The notes under the pieces were generated by a model. The model was not told where the DNA came from. It searched no databases and was given only the letters and a program-made list of their open reading frames with translations. From the NCBI GenBank assembly GCA_002471825.1, contig DKQS01000011.1, positions 42,712 to 106,711 on the forward strand: a stretch of DNA of 64,000 bases, written 5' to 3'. Positions within the stretch are counted from its first letter, which is position 1. Every line of letters begins with the position of its first letter. The DNA comes from Flavobacteriaceae bacterium UBA7302. GTDB lineage: Bacteria > Bacteroidota > Bacteroidia > Flavobacteriales > Flavobacteriaceae. Shown here in pieces: positions 8,689 through 17,138 of the stretch. A program made the position numbers and the translations under genes.

Positions 8689-8802
8689 AAATCTAATTGT
8701 TGAGGTTAATGCGAACCCCTTTACCCTTTATTATAAATTACACAAATATTCACAGCAGTAGGTATCCCCCTAAAAAGTGCCTATCGCCTCAACATTAGAT
8801 TT
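8689..8802 (+). ncRNA. Structured element copy 2 (candidate sRNA)
   Basis: Same architecture as copy 1; inner hairpin loop CCCCCTAAAAA; stem differences are G-U compatible. Confidence 0.55.
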
Positions 8803-8862
8803 TAGTTAAAATTTTGCAAAACAGCGTGTTAGACTTTAATTTTTGGACATTTTTTCGTAATT

Positions 8863-8891
8863 TGTAACAAAACCTCCTAATCTTCAGTCTT
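8863..8891 (+). promoter_or_regulatory. Putative ECF-type promoter TGTAAC-N17-AGTCTT
   Basis: Same spacing as TGTAAC-N17-CGTCTA at 17083-17111. Confidence 0.4.
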
Positions 8892-8994
8892 TTTAATACA
8901 ACCCACCTCTAAACCAAATTTCTTGGATCGAAAGCATACAGCTTTTGTAATCACCAGAAATTAGATTTTATGTTTAACCAAAATACCATTAAAG

Positions 8995-9150
8995 ATGAAG
9001 AAATTTTTATTGCAAAAATTAGCTCAGTTAATCGATAGGCTTCCCCAAGGAGAAGAGAGAAAAGAAGCACTAAAAGATTGGTTGGAACTAAAGCTTTCCG
9101 AGGCAAACAGCTCTCTTTTAACCCTTATGAAGAATAAATATCAGTTCTAA
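8995..9150 (+). CDS. Small 51-aa hypothetical protein (not in ORF track)
   Basis: MKKFLLQKLAQLIDRLPQGEERKEALKDWLELKLSEANSSLLTLMKNKYQF*; A-rich start context; fills an otherwise empty gap. Confidence 0.65.
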   Translation: MKKFLLQKLAQLIDRLPQGEERKEALKDWLELKLSEANSSLLTLMKNKYQF

Positions 9151-9176
9151 TATAATGGATGGAAGCACCTACGACG

Positions 9177-9587
9177 TTAACCTTCGAACGAGACAAAATT
9201 ACGAGGTGTCTCGTAAAGGGTGATTTTTATATCTAAGTGGTCAGCAATAACCTTTCGGAGTTTGTTGTAGATAACCACACAAATATTCTCTGCTGTAGGA
9301 ATCAAATCCTTAAATTCTTCTACTTCCACATTCAAATTCTTGTGGTCGAAAGGTTCCTCCACCTCTTGTTTTATCAACTCCTTTAATTTTCCTAAATCAT
9401 ATACATACCCCGTTTCCTGGTCTATTTCACCAGTCAACGATACGATTAATTCGTAATTGTGCCCGTGATAATGAGGATTACTGCATTTACTGAAAACATC
9501 AAAGTTTTTGTCGTCACTCCAATCCTTTCTATAAATTCTGTGGGCCGCATTAAAATGGGCTTTTCGATGTACGGTAACTCTAGGCAT
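9177..9587 (-). CDS. 6-pyruvoyl-tetrahydropterin synthase / QueD family protein
   Basis: FNAAHR, CSNPHYHGHNY, DHKNLN, PTAENI and LYETPRN motifs. Confidence 0.9.
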   Translation of the reverse strand: MPRVTVHRKAHFNAAHRIYRKDWSDDKNFDVFSKCSNPHYHGHNYELIVSLTGEIDQETGYVYDLGKLKELIKQEVEEPFDHKNLNVEVEEFKDLIPTAENICVVIYNKLRKVIADHLDIKITLYETPRNFVSFEG

Positions 9588-10098
9588 TTTTCAGTTTTTC
9601 AAAGGATTTCTCAAAAATTATTTTAAACCAAGCTGTATATAAATGCGGATTCGTGCGAATATCGTTTTTAACCGCATCTAAGGTCATCCAACGAAAATCT
9701 TCTACTTCTTCCCTATTGATAATAGGATCTCCATTATAATGACCCACCATTACATGATCCAATTCATGTTCAGTTAAACCATTGTCGAAAGGAGCTTTGT
9801 AAATAAAGGAAAATACTTCCTTAATCTCCGTAGTGAACCCCATTTCCTCTTGGAGTCTTCTTTTTCCAGCTTCAATATTGCTTTCACCAGCTCGTTGGTG
9901 GGAGCAGCAAGTATTTGTCCATAATAAAGGCGAATGATACTTGTGCTTCGCACGTTGTTGCAACATCAACTCTTTTTGGTCATTGAAAATAAAAACAGAA
10001 AAAGCGCGGTGCAATTCGGCCTTTTCATGCGCCTCCATTTTAGGCATCAATCCCCTTGGGTTGTCGTTTTGATCTACTAAAATTACTTGTTCTTCCAC
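9580..10098 (-). CDS. idi: Isopentenyl-diphosphate delta-isomerase type 1
   Basis: LHRAFSVF, LLQQRA-like, WTNTCCSH and EHELDHV motifs. Confidence 0.95.
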   Translation of the reverse strand: MEEQVILVDQNDNPRGLMPKMEAHEKAELHRAFSVFIFNDQKELMLQQRAKHKYHSPLLWTNTCCSHQRAGESNIEAGKRRLQEEMGFTTEIKEVFSFIYKAPFDNGLTEHELDHVMVGHYNGDPIINREEVEDFRWMTLDAVKNDIRTNPHLYTAWFKIIFEKSFEKLKNA

Positions 10099-10212
10099 GA
10101 TAGCAAAGATACATCAAACCATAGTCATACTTCTTAAAATTTTAATAAAAGCAAAGGCATTGAAATTTTGTAAATCAACTGCTATCTTTGTTTGCGCAAA
10201 AATTTATCTCAT

Positions 10213-10920
10213 TTGAAGTATCTCATCAAACCGATTTTAGGCATCCTACTTGTATTGGCTTTTGGCTGTAATCAAAAGGTTGAAAAAGCCGAAAAAAAAG
10301 AAACAAAACTAAAGGCAAAGCCAAAAGTTCAGGTCGAAAAGAAAAAGAAAGAAGTAGCCGTTAAAACTTGGGACAGCTTAAATGCTAAGAATGTAAAACC
10401 ATTCTTTCAAGAATTTGGGAAGCAAAACAAACAAAGCATTGTTGAAATTAGTACCAAGTTTGGCAAGATCAAAATCAGACTCTACAATGATACTCCTATC
10501 CACAGAGCCAACTTCTTGTTTTTAACAAAAATTGAATACTTCAATACGACCGTATTTTATAGGGTTGCCAAGGATTTTGTGATTCAAGGTGGTAATTCGG
10601 ATCACTTTTATACCATCAAACAACGGAATAAGTACGGAAATTATCAATTGGAACCAGAGTTCAGGAAAAACCGGCGACATAAATATGGGGCCCTCGCAGC
10701 AGCCCGCGATTGGGAGAACAATCCGAAGAAGCTATCCAGTCCTTTTCAGTTTTATATTGTACACAAAAGAGATGGCGCCCATCATTTGGATGGAGAGCAC
10801 ACAGTTTTCGGTGAAGTCATTTCCGGATTTAAAACCATGGATCGCATTGCCGACGTAAAAGTGGGTCCAGATGAGTGGCCCATTAGTGATGTACACATGA
10901 CAATCAAGATTTTAGAATGA
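10213..10920 (+). CDS. Cyclophilin-type peptidyl-prolyl isomerase, lipoprotein
   Basis: FYRVAKDFVIQGG, QFYIV and HLDGEHTVFGEV. Lipobox LAFGC. TATCTTTG at 10183-10190 favours the TTG start at 10213. Confidence 0.88.
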   Translation: MKYLIKPILGILLVLAFGCNQKVEKAEKKETKLKAKPKVQVEKKKKEVAVKTWDSLNAKNVKPFFQEFGKQNKQSIVEISTKFGKIKIRLYNDTPIHRANFLFLTKIEYFNTTVFYRVAKDFVIQGGNSDHFYTIKQRNKYGNYQLEPEFRKNRRHKYGALAAARDWENNPKKLSSPFQFYIVHKRDGAHHLDGEHTVFGEVISGFKTMDRIADVKVGPDEWPISDVHMTIKILE

Positions 10921-10938
10921 TTTTCTCGTCCTAAAATG

Positions 10939-10946
10939 TATCTTTG
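10939..10946 (+). promoter_or_regulatory. Housekeeping sigma -7 element TATCTTTG for prfC
   Basis: Matches TAnnTTTG, 17 nt before the ATG. Confidence 0.6.
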
Positions 10947-10963
10947 CATGCTAATTTTTTACA

Positions 10964-12556
10964 ATGAGTTTTTTAACGGAAATTGAACGCAGACGAACCT
11001 TCGGAATTATATCGCATCCAGATGCGGGAAAAACGACTTTAACAGAGAAATTACTGCTATTTGGAGGCGCCATTCAAGAGGCAGGTGCCGTTAAAAACAA
11101 CAAAATTAAAAAAGGTGCGACTTCCGACTTTATGGAAATTGAGCGCCAAAGAGGGATCTCTGTTGCTACTTCGGTTTTAGCATTCATCTACAAGAACAAG
11201 AAAATTAACATTCTCGATACACCTGGTCACAAAGATTTTGCTGAAGATACTTTTCGGACACTTACTGCTGTAGATAGTGTGATTGTAGTGATTGATGTTG
11301 CCAAAGGAGTTGAGCCTCAAACAGAAAAACTTGTTGAGGTATGTAGAATGCGTAATATCCCCATGTTGGTATTTATCAACAAATTGGATCGAGAAGGAAA
11401 AGATGCCTTCGACTTGTTGGATGAAGTAGAGCAAAAACTTGGTCTACGCGTAACACCAATGAGTTTCCCAATTGGTATGGGCTACGACTTTAAGGGTATA
11501 TATAATATCTGGGAGAAAAAACTAAATCTCTTCTCGGGTGAAAACAAACAAAAGGTTTCGGAAGGAATTGAATTCGATGATATTGATAGTTCGGAATTAG
11601 ACAAAACTGTAGGTGAAAGTGCTGCAGAAACACTGCGCGAAGAGTTGGAACTTATCGACGAAGTTTACCCAAAATTCAATAGCAATGAATATTTGGAAGG
11701 GAATTTACAACCGGTATTTTTTGGTTCGGCCTTGAACAATTTCGGAGTGAAGGAATTGCTTGATGCCTTTATCGAGATTGCTCCTTCTCCACAGCCCAAA
11801 AAGGCGGAAGAAAGACAAGTAGATTCCAAAGAAAATAAAATGACCGGATTTGTGTTTAAAATCCATGCCAATATGGATCCCAAACACAGAGATCGTCTTG
11901 CCTTTGTAAAAATCGTTTCGGGGACTTTCAAAAGAAACACTCCCTACTTGCACGTTCGAAATAACAAAAAGGTAAAATTTTCGAGTCCGAATGCCTTCTT
12001 TGCAGAAAAGAAGGAAATCGTGGATGAATCTTTCCCGGGCGACATTGTAGGTTTACACGATACCGGAAACTTCAAAATTGGAGATACGCTTACGGAAGGT
12101 GAAGTTTTAAATTTTAAAGGTATTCCAAGCTTTTCACCAGAACACTTTCGTTATGTAAACAACGCTGACCCTATGAAGGCTAAGCAATTGTATAAAGGAC
12201 TGGATCAGTTGATGGATGAAGGGGTTGCTCAATTATTTACCTTAGACGTGAACGGAAGAAAAGTTATCGGAACTGTAGGTGCACTTCAGTATGAAGTGAT
12301 TCAATACCGATTGGAGCATGAATACGGTGCCAAATGCACCTATGAGAATCTTAACGTTCACAAGGCTTGTTGGGTAGAACCCGAAGACGAAAAAAATGAT
12401 GAGTTCAAAGAATTTAAAAGAGTAAAACAACGTTATTTGGCTAAAGACAAACAAGGTAAGATGGTTTTTCTTGCCGACTCTGCTTTCAGCATTCAAATGA
12501 CCCAACAAAAATATCCAACGGTAAAGTTGCATTTTACCAGTGAATACGATCAATAA
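10964..12556 (+). CDS. prfC: Peptide chain release factor 3
   Basis: RRRTFGIISHPDAGKTTLTEKLLL, DFMEIERQRGISV, DTPGHKDF and NKLD motifs. Confidence 0.98.
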   Translation: MSFLTEIERRRTFGIISHPDAGKTTLTEKLLLFGGAIQEAGAVKNNKIKKGATSDFMEIERQRGISVATSVLAFIYKNKKINILDTPGHKDFAEDTFRTLTAVDSVIVVIDVAKGVEPQTEKLVEVCRMRNIPMLVFINKLDREGKDAFDLLDEVEQKLGLRVTPMSFPIGMGYDFKGIYNIWEKKLNLFSGENKQKVSEGIEFDDIDSSELDKTVGESAAETLREELELIDEVYPKFNSNEYLEGNLQPVFFGSALNNFGVKELLDAFIEIAPSPQPKKAEERQVDSKENKMTGFVFKIHANMDPKHRDRLAFVKIVSGTFKRNTPYLHVRNNKKVKFSSPNAFFAEKKEIVDESFPGDIVGLHDTGNFKIGDTLTEGEVLNFKGIPSFSPEHFRYVNNADPMKAKQLYKGLDQLMDEGVAQLFTLDVNGRKVIGTVGALQYEVIQYRLEHEYGAKCTYENLNVHKACWVEPEDEKNDEFKEFKRVKQRYLAKDKQGKMVFLADSAFSIQMTQQKYPTVKLHFTSEYDQ

Positions 12557-12563
12557 ATCAACT

Positions 12564-14126
12564 ATGAAAAAACTAATTGTTCTTATTTTTTGCCTTGCGA
12601 ATCTTCAGCTGCTTAGCCAGACTAATGAAGTTTCTGAATTGGGCGGAAAGCTATTCAACAATAAAATACGTTTGAACTACATGTTGGTTCATCAGCCATT
12701 TAATGAGGTTAATTATCAGTTGGATCAAACCATGGGATTCATTGGTTTGAATTACAACATTCCCTTAAATGATTGGTTGTACACGGGTGCTGGATTTCAT
12801 ACGGCTATTACTGGTGACCAAGGCGGATTATTCACGCTGGGTGTGAATCTTGGAGTAAACTTCCCGATTTATAAAAACCTGTATTTTGACGCCAATGTGC
12901 ATTTCGGTGGCGGTGGTGGTTATCGATCCCTAGTAAATGGAGGCGGAATTATTTTCCCCAATACTGGTTTGCAGTATAAGAAGGATGACTTTTCCTTCGG
13001 GGTACAATATGGCTATGTGAACTTTTTTACGGGGATTCAAAAAAGTGATAACTTTTCATTTTTTGTAGAAATCCCCACGAAATTCAATTATGCCTCTTAT
13101 GACCAGGCCCAAAAAGAATTTGCAGTTTCAAATATTGACCCTGAAAACTTCTGGAACAAACCGGCGGTGAAATCCGTTCAACAGGTAACCTTTGATTTCT
13201 TTTTCCCTGTTGGAATGTCAAGAACCGATGCCAGTACCAATCCGCAATACCAACCCATCCGAAGAATGCTGTACATCATCGGATTTGAGTATCAGAAATA
13301 TTTAAATCCAAATACCTTTATATATGCACACTTGGATACCATGTACAAAGGACTGACAGCAGGATTCATGGATTTGTTCTTCGGAATTGGTAAAAACTTT
13401 ATCGAAACCAAATACGTCAACTTTTTCGCAAAAGCCGGAATTGGAGCGGCAGGCGGACGAATATTTCCCGAGGGAGGATTGACCATGTATCCGAATGCTG
13501 GATTTGATGTTCGATTCTCAAAGAACTTTGGTTTGAGCTTCCATGGTGGTTACCACAGAGCCATCGGTGGAACTTTTGAAGCGTATACTGCTGGTGTTAG
13601 TTTGAAGTATTATACCCTGAGTGGTGGTATTTCAGATCCTTTCACAAACAAAAAAGTGCAAGCATTAAAAACACAAGGAATCGGAATAGCAGTTCAAAAC
13701 CAAACCTATTTCGACGTAGCCAAATTTGGAATTCCTGATAGTGATTTGCAATTATTAGCCATTAAGATAGAATACGACCTTAACAAACGATTTTATGTCT
13801 CTGGAGAAGCTTCCTTTGCCTATGAAGGGAAATCGGGAGGATATGCACATGGAATCTTCGGACTCGGAATTCGCAGTAACAAGTTCTTGAATGATAAAAT
13901 CTCCTTATACGCCGAAGCAGCTGGTGGTGTGGCCGGTGGAGGTCGTGTAGATTCTGGAGAAGGAATCTTGGTTCGTCCGACGGTCGGAATCAATTATCAT
14001 ATCAACAATGATTTCTCGCTAAATGCTTCTGCCGGACAAATGTGGTCACCTTTTGGAAATGTAAACTCATCAAACATCAACTTCGGGTTGAAATACAACC
14101 TATCAATAGTAAACGCAAAGAAATAA
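12564..14126 (+). CDS. Outer-membrane protein with three tandem beta-barrel-like repeats
   Basis: Signal peptide, alternating beta-strand pattern and three repeats of a Gly-rich unit. Confidence 0.6.
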   Translation: MKKLIVLIFCLANLQLLSQTNEVSELGGKLFNNKIRLNYMLVHQPFNEVNYQLDQTMGFIGLNYNIPLNDWLYTGAGFHTAITGDQGGLFTLGVNLGVNFPIYKNLYFDANVHFGGGGGYRSLVNGGGIIFPNTGLQYKKDDFSFGVQYGYVNFFTGIQKSDNFSFFVEIPTKFNYASYDQAQKEFAVSNIDPENFWNKPAVKSVQQVTFDFFFPVGMSRTDASTNPQYQPIRRMLYIIGFEYQKYLNPNTFIYAHLDTMYKGLTAGFMDLFFGIGKNFIETKYVNFFAKAGIGAAGGRIFPEGGLTMYPNAGFDVRFSKNFGLSFHGGYHRAIGGTFEAYTAGVSLKYYTLSGGISDPFTNKKVQALKTQGIGIAVQNQTYFDVAKFGIPDSDLQLLAIKIEYDLNKRFYVSGEASFAYEGKSGGYAHGIFGLGIRSNKFLNDKISLYAEAAGGVAGGGRVDSGEGILVRPTVGINYHINNDFSLNASAGQMWSPFGNVNSSNINFGLKYNLSIVNAKK

Positions 14127-14165
14127 ACAATCGCTGATCAACAGCAAATAAGAAAAATAGAAAAA

Positions 14166-15095
14166 ATGGATAACGGAATTTATGCAAAAGTAACGACCCC
14201 AAAGGGAGTTATCACAGTGAAATTAGAACATGAAAAGACTCCAGGTACAGTAGGTAATTTTGTTGCCCTAGCTGAAGGAAATTTAGAAAACGGAGCTAAA
14301 CCACAGGGAACACCGTATTACAATGGATTGAAGTTTCACCGAGTAATTCCGGATTTCATGATTCAAGGTGGATGTCCTCTAGGCACTGGAACCGGAAATC
14401 CTGGGTATAAATTTGATGATGAATTTCACCCAGAATTAAAACACGATAGACCAGGAATAATTTCTATGGCGAATTCGGGTCCAGCTACCAATGGAAGTCA
14501 ATTTTTCATTACCCATGTTGCCACGCCATGGTTGGACAATAAGCACACTGTTTTTGGAAATGTTGTTGAAGGTCAAGATGTAGTAGATGCCGTTGCGCAA
14601 GGCGACAGCATGGACATTGAAATTCTAAGAGTTGGTACTGAGGCTGAAAACTGGAATGCTGTTGAGGCTTTTCGAGTGTTTGAAGGTGCTAGAGCTGAAA
14701 GAGAAGCAGCCGAAAAGAAAAAAATGGAAGAGTTAATGGAAGAAGTAGCTGCAGGATTTGATAAAACGGATAGCGGATTACGCTACAAAATCCTTCAAAA
14801 AGGAGAGGGTAAAAAAGCCACGAAAGGAAGCATGGTTTCTGTGCATTACAAAGGCCAATTGTTAGACGGAACCGTATTCGATTCTTCCTACAAAAGACGT
14901 CAGCCAATCGATTTCAATTTAGGAATCGGACAGGTAATTTCTGGTTGGGATGAGGGAATTCAATTATTACAAGTGGGTGATAAAGCTCGTTTCGTAATCC
15001 CATCGAACTTAGCTTATGGTGAGCGCGGTGCAGGTGGCGTAATTCCACCAAATGCTACTTTAATTTTCGATGTAGAATTAATGAATGTAAAATAG
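14166..15095 (+). CDS. Cyclophilin-FKBP fusion peptidyl-prolyl isomerase
   Basis: FHRVIPDFMIQGG and WLDNKHTVFG (cyclophilin); VHYKG, FDSS and GQVISGWDEG (FKBP). Confidence 0.95.
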   Translation: MDNGIYAKVTTPKGVITVKLEHEKTPGTVGNFVALAEGNLENGAKPQGTPYYNGLKFHRVIPDFMIQGGCPLGTGTGNPGYKFDDEFHPELKHDRPGIISMANSGPATNGSQFFITHVATPWLDNKHTVFGNVVEGQDVVDAVAQGDSMDIEILRVGTEAENWNAVEAFRVFEGARAEREAAEKKKMEELMEEVAAGFDKTDSGLRYKILQKGEGKKATKGSMVSVHYKGQLLDGTVFDSSYKRRQPIDFNLGIGQVISGWDEGIQLLQVGDKARFVIPSNLAYGERGAGGVIPPNATLIFDVELMNVK

Positions 15096-15114
15096 ATTGA
15101 ATTCAACAAACTAT

Positions 15115-15144
15115 AAAAAAGAGAGCCCTTAGGCTCTCTTTTTT
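15115..15144. terminator. Bidirectional intrinsic terminator
   Basis: AAAAAAGAGAGCC-ctta-GGCTCTCTTTTTT. Confidence 0.9.
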
Positions 15145-16449
15145 AGTTTCTAATATTCATGGCTTCCGTTTCAAGGAGGTCTTTTGCAGCTTGTTCTTCA
15201 TTGGACAATGTACCATTGAGTAAATTGGTTCCTTCATATGGGTCGTTTTGAAGGTCATAAAAGCTTTCAGTACCATCATCATATTTAATTAGTTTATATC
15301 TAGAATTTCGAATAGCATATCCAACTGCTCCACTATTATTATTTGCTTCTGCATAAATAACTTTTGAATCTGCTTGAGAGGAAGAAGTCGTGAATAAATC
15401 CTTAAAACTATAGCTATTATTTAAACTAGTCGTCGCTACTCCCGCGATTTCAGAAATGGTCGAAAACAAATCAGTTGATTGCACCAAAGAAGCTTCTCTT
15501 TCCCCTATTCGGTTCACACCATAACCGCTTACAAAAAGCGGTACATTAATTCCGCCTTGAAAGAGTGATCCCTTCGCACGTTGACGCTGATAAGGAGATT
15601 GAACAACCTGATTTGGACTACCATTGTCACCAATAAAAATAATAACCGTATTATTTCGCTCTTCCACGGTAAGACTATTTAAAAACCTACCAATTTCTGA
15701 ATCCATCGCCTCAACGGCCGACATGTAATACGGTAACGGATTTGCATTGATAGACGCAATATCATCTGGTAAATTCCCCTGACTATGGAGGTTTGTTGGC
15801 GCCAAATGAAAAGGTGTGTGAGGCGCATTGAAAGCCAGCCATAAAAACCATGGTTTGCTTTGATTACCAACCCAATCGATTGATAAATCAACGAGTTTAG
15901 TAGTGGTGTATTCTGTGGTATTTGAAGTAGTACCATTTTCGGTTAAGTTCCAGCTTGTGTAAGAAGGAACCCCACCATTTAAAATACCAGCGTAGTAATC
16001 AATTCCCATGGTAATGGGATCAGAAGCATTATTTGACAAGTGCCATTTACCGATAATGGCGGTTGCATAATCAGCACCGTTTTCTTTAAATATTTTTGAA
16101 GTGATGTTTCACTTGTTGAGATGTTATCCCCTACTTCAATAACATTGGTTTTAATTCCGTATTTACCTGTTAAAATTGATGCTCTCGTTGGAGTGCAAAC
16201 AGGATAAGACCAGAAGTTATCAAAAGTGAGTCCTGAATTCATTAATGAGGTCAGATTTGGTGTGGAAGGTTTTACAGTACCCTCACTGAAATTCGGCATG
16301 GCATCTTTTCCCAAATCATCTGCAATGATTAAAAGAATATTGGGTTTGACCTCCAGTGTCGGTTCATTATTCATTGTTTCTTCCTCTGTAGCCGAGCTAC
16401 AACCAACTCCGATAATAAGAATTAGTAGTAAATAGATTTTTTTAAACAT
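15143..16449 (-). pseudogene. Sulfatase lipoprotein split by a -1 frameshift near 16084-16090
   Basis: The N-part has PNILLIIADDLG and CTPTRASILTG. A -1 shift continues into IIGKWHL, HTPFH, DSEIG and GDNG, giving a ~435-aa sulfatase. Confidence 0.8.
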
Positions 16450-16472
16450 AATTTAAATTTGGTTTCTCCTAA

Positions 16473-16499
16473 TAGACCCTTGAAAATGAAAATAGTCTA
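16473..16499. promoter_or_regulatory. Palindromic candidate ECF promoter TAGAC(C/T)-N16-GTCTA on both strands
   Basis: TAGACC-N16-GTCTA on + and TAGACT-N16-GTCTA on -, between divergent genes. Confidence 0.4.
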
Positions 16500-16609
16500 T
16501 TCGTGCCTATTAAAAATCAAAAATAAGTCTTCTACATTTCTGTTAACACGAGGCTATTAGCTTCTTGTTTTTTTGTATTCTTACAGGATAAATACAACGT
16601 TTCAAAAAA

Positions 16610-17056
16610 ATGGAACCCATTAAAAAATACACTTTCGCCTTTGTCTTATCTCTAATGACAGTTTTCACCTCTTATTGTCAAGAAGAAGGAGGTAGAGGTA
16701 GTGATCGAACCGAGGATGAAACAAACAACTATGGTTATCGAGAAGTCTTGAGAGATATCAACCAATACCTAGAAACCTTTGATAATGGTTACTATGGACC
16801 ATTAATCGTAGAGGATGGCTATATTTTCTGCACCATCAAAGATGGACGAAAATCTCGAATTCCAGTTGAAGAAATAGGTGAAGTTCGCATGATGAAAAAC
16901 GATGTTGGGGTAGCGATGTTCTGCGCTTCAGGAGATTGTGTGAAAGGGGTTACAGGGAGTTACTTTCCGAAAATGAGTTTTCGAACCTCTGGGAAATTTG
17001 ATTACGATCCTCTGAAAAGCATGCTCGAAGAATTTGTTCTCCGGCTGAGAAACTGA
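16610..17056 (+). CDS. Secreted hypothetical protein
   Basis: 148-aa ORF with a signal-peptide-like N-terminus. Confidence 0.7.
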   Translation: MEPIKKYTFAFVLSLMTVFTSYCQEEGGRGSDRTEDETNNYGYREVLRDINQYLETFDNGYYGPLIVEDGYIFCTIKDGRKSRIPVEEIGEVRMMKNDVGVAMFCASGDCVKGVTGSYFPKMSFRTSGKFDYDPLKSMLEEFVLRLRN

Positions 17057-17082
17057 CGAATCTTCAGAAATTTCGGGTGGAA

Positions 17083-17111
17083 TGTAACAACATGCCCTAT
17101 TCTATCGTCTA
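17083..17111 (+). promoter_or_regulatory. Putative ECF-type promoter TGTAAC-N17-CGTCTA
   Basis: Canonical AAC/CGT ECF pattern, 27 nt before the ATG at 17139. Confidence 0.5.
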
Positions 17112-17138
17112 ATTTAAAAGCTTTTAAATTAATCAACC

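Noticed and set aside
8459-8802. CRISPR array interpretation of the repeated elements
   Set aside because: There are only two ~113-nt copies about 230 nt apart, no regular repeat-spacer period and no cas genes in the window.
8459-8802. MITE / IS-end interpretation
   Set aside because: Not excluded but disfavoured. I see no target-site duplication or transposase, the terminal stems are bulged, and the inner stem varies in a G-U-compatible way.
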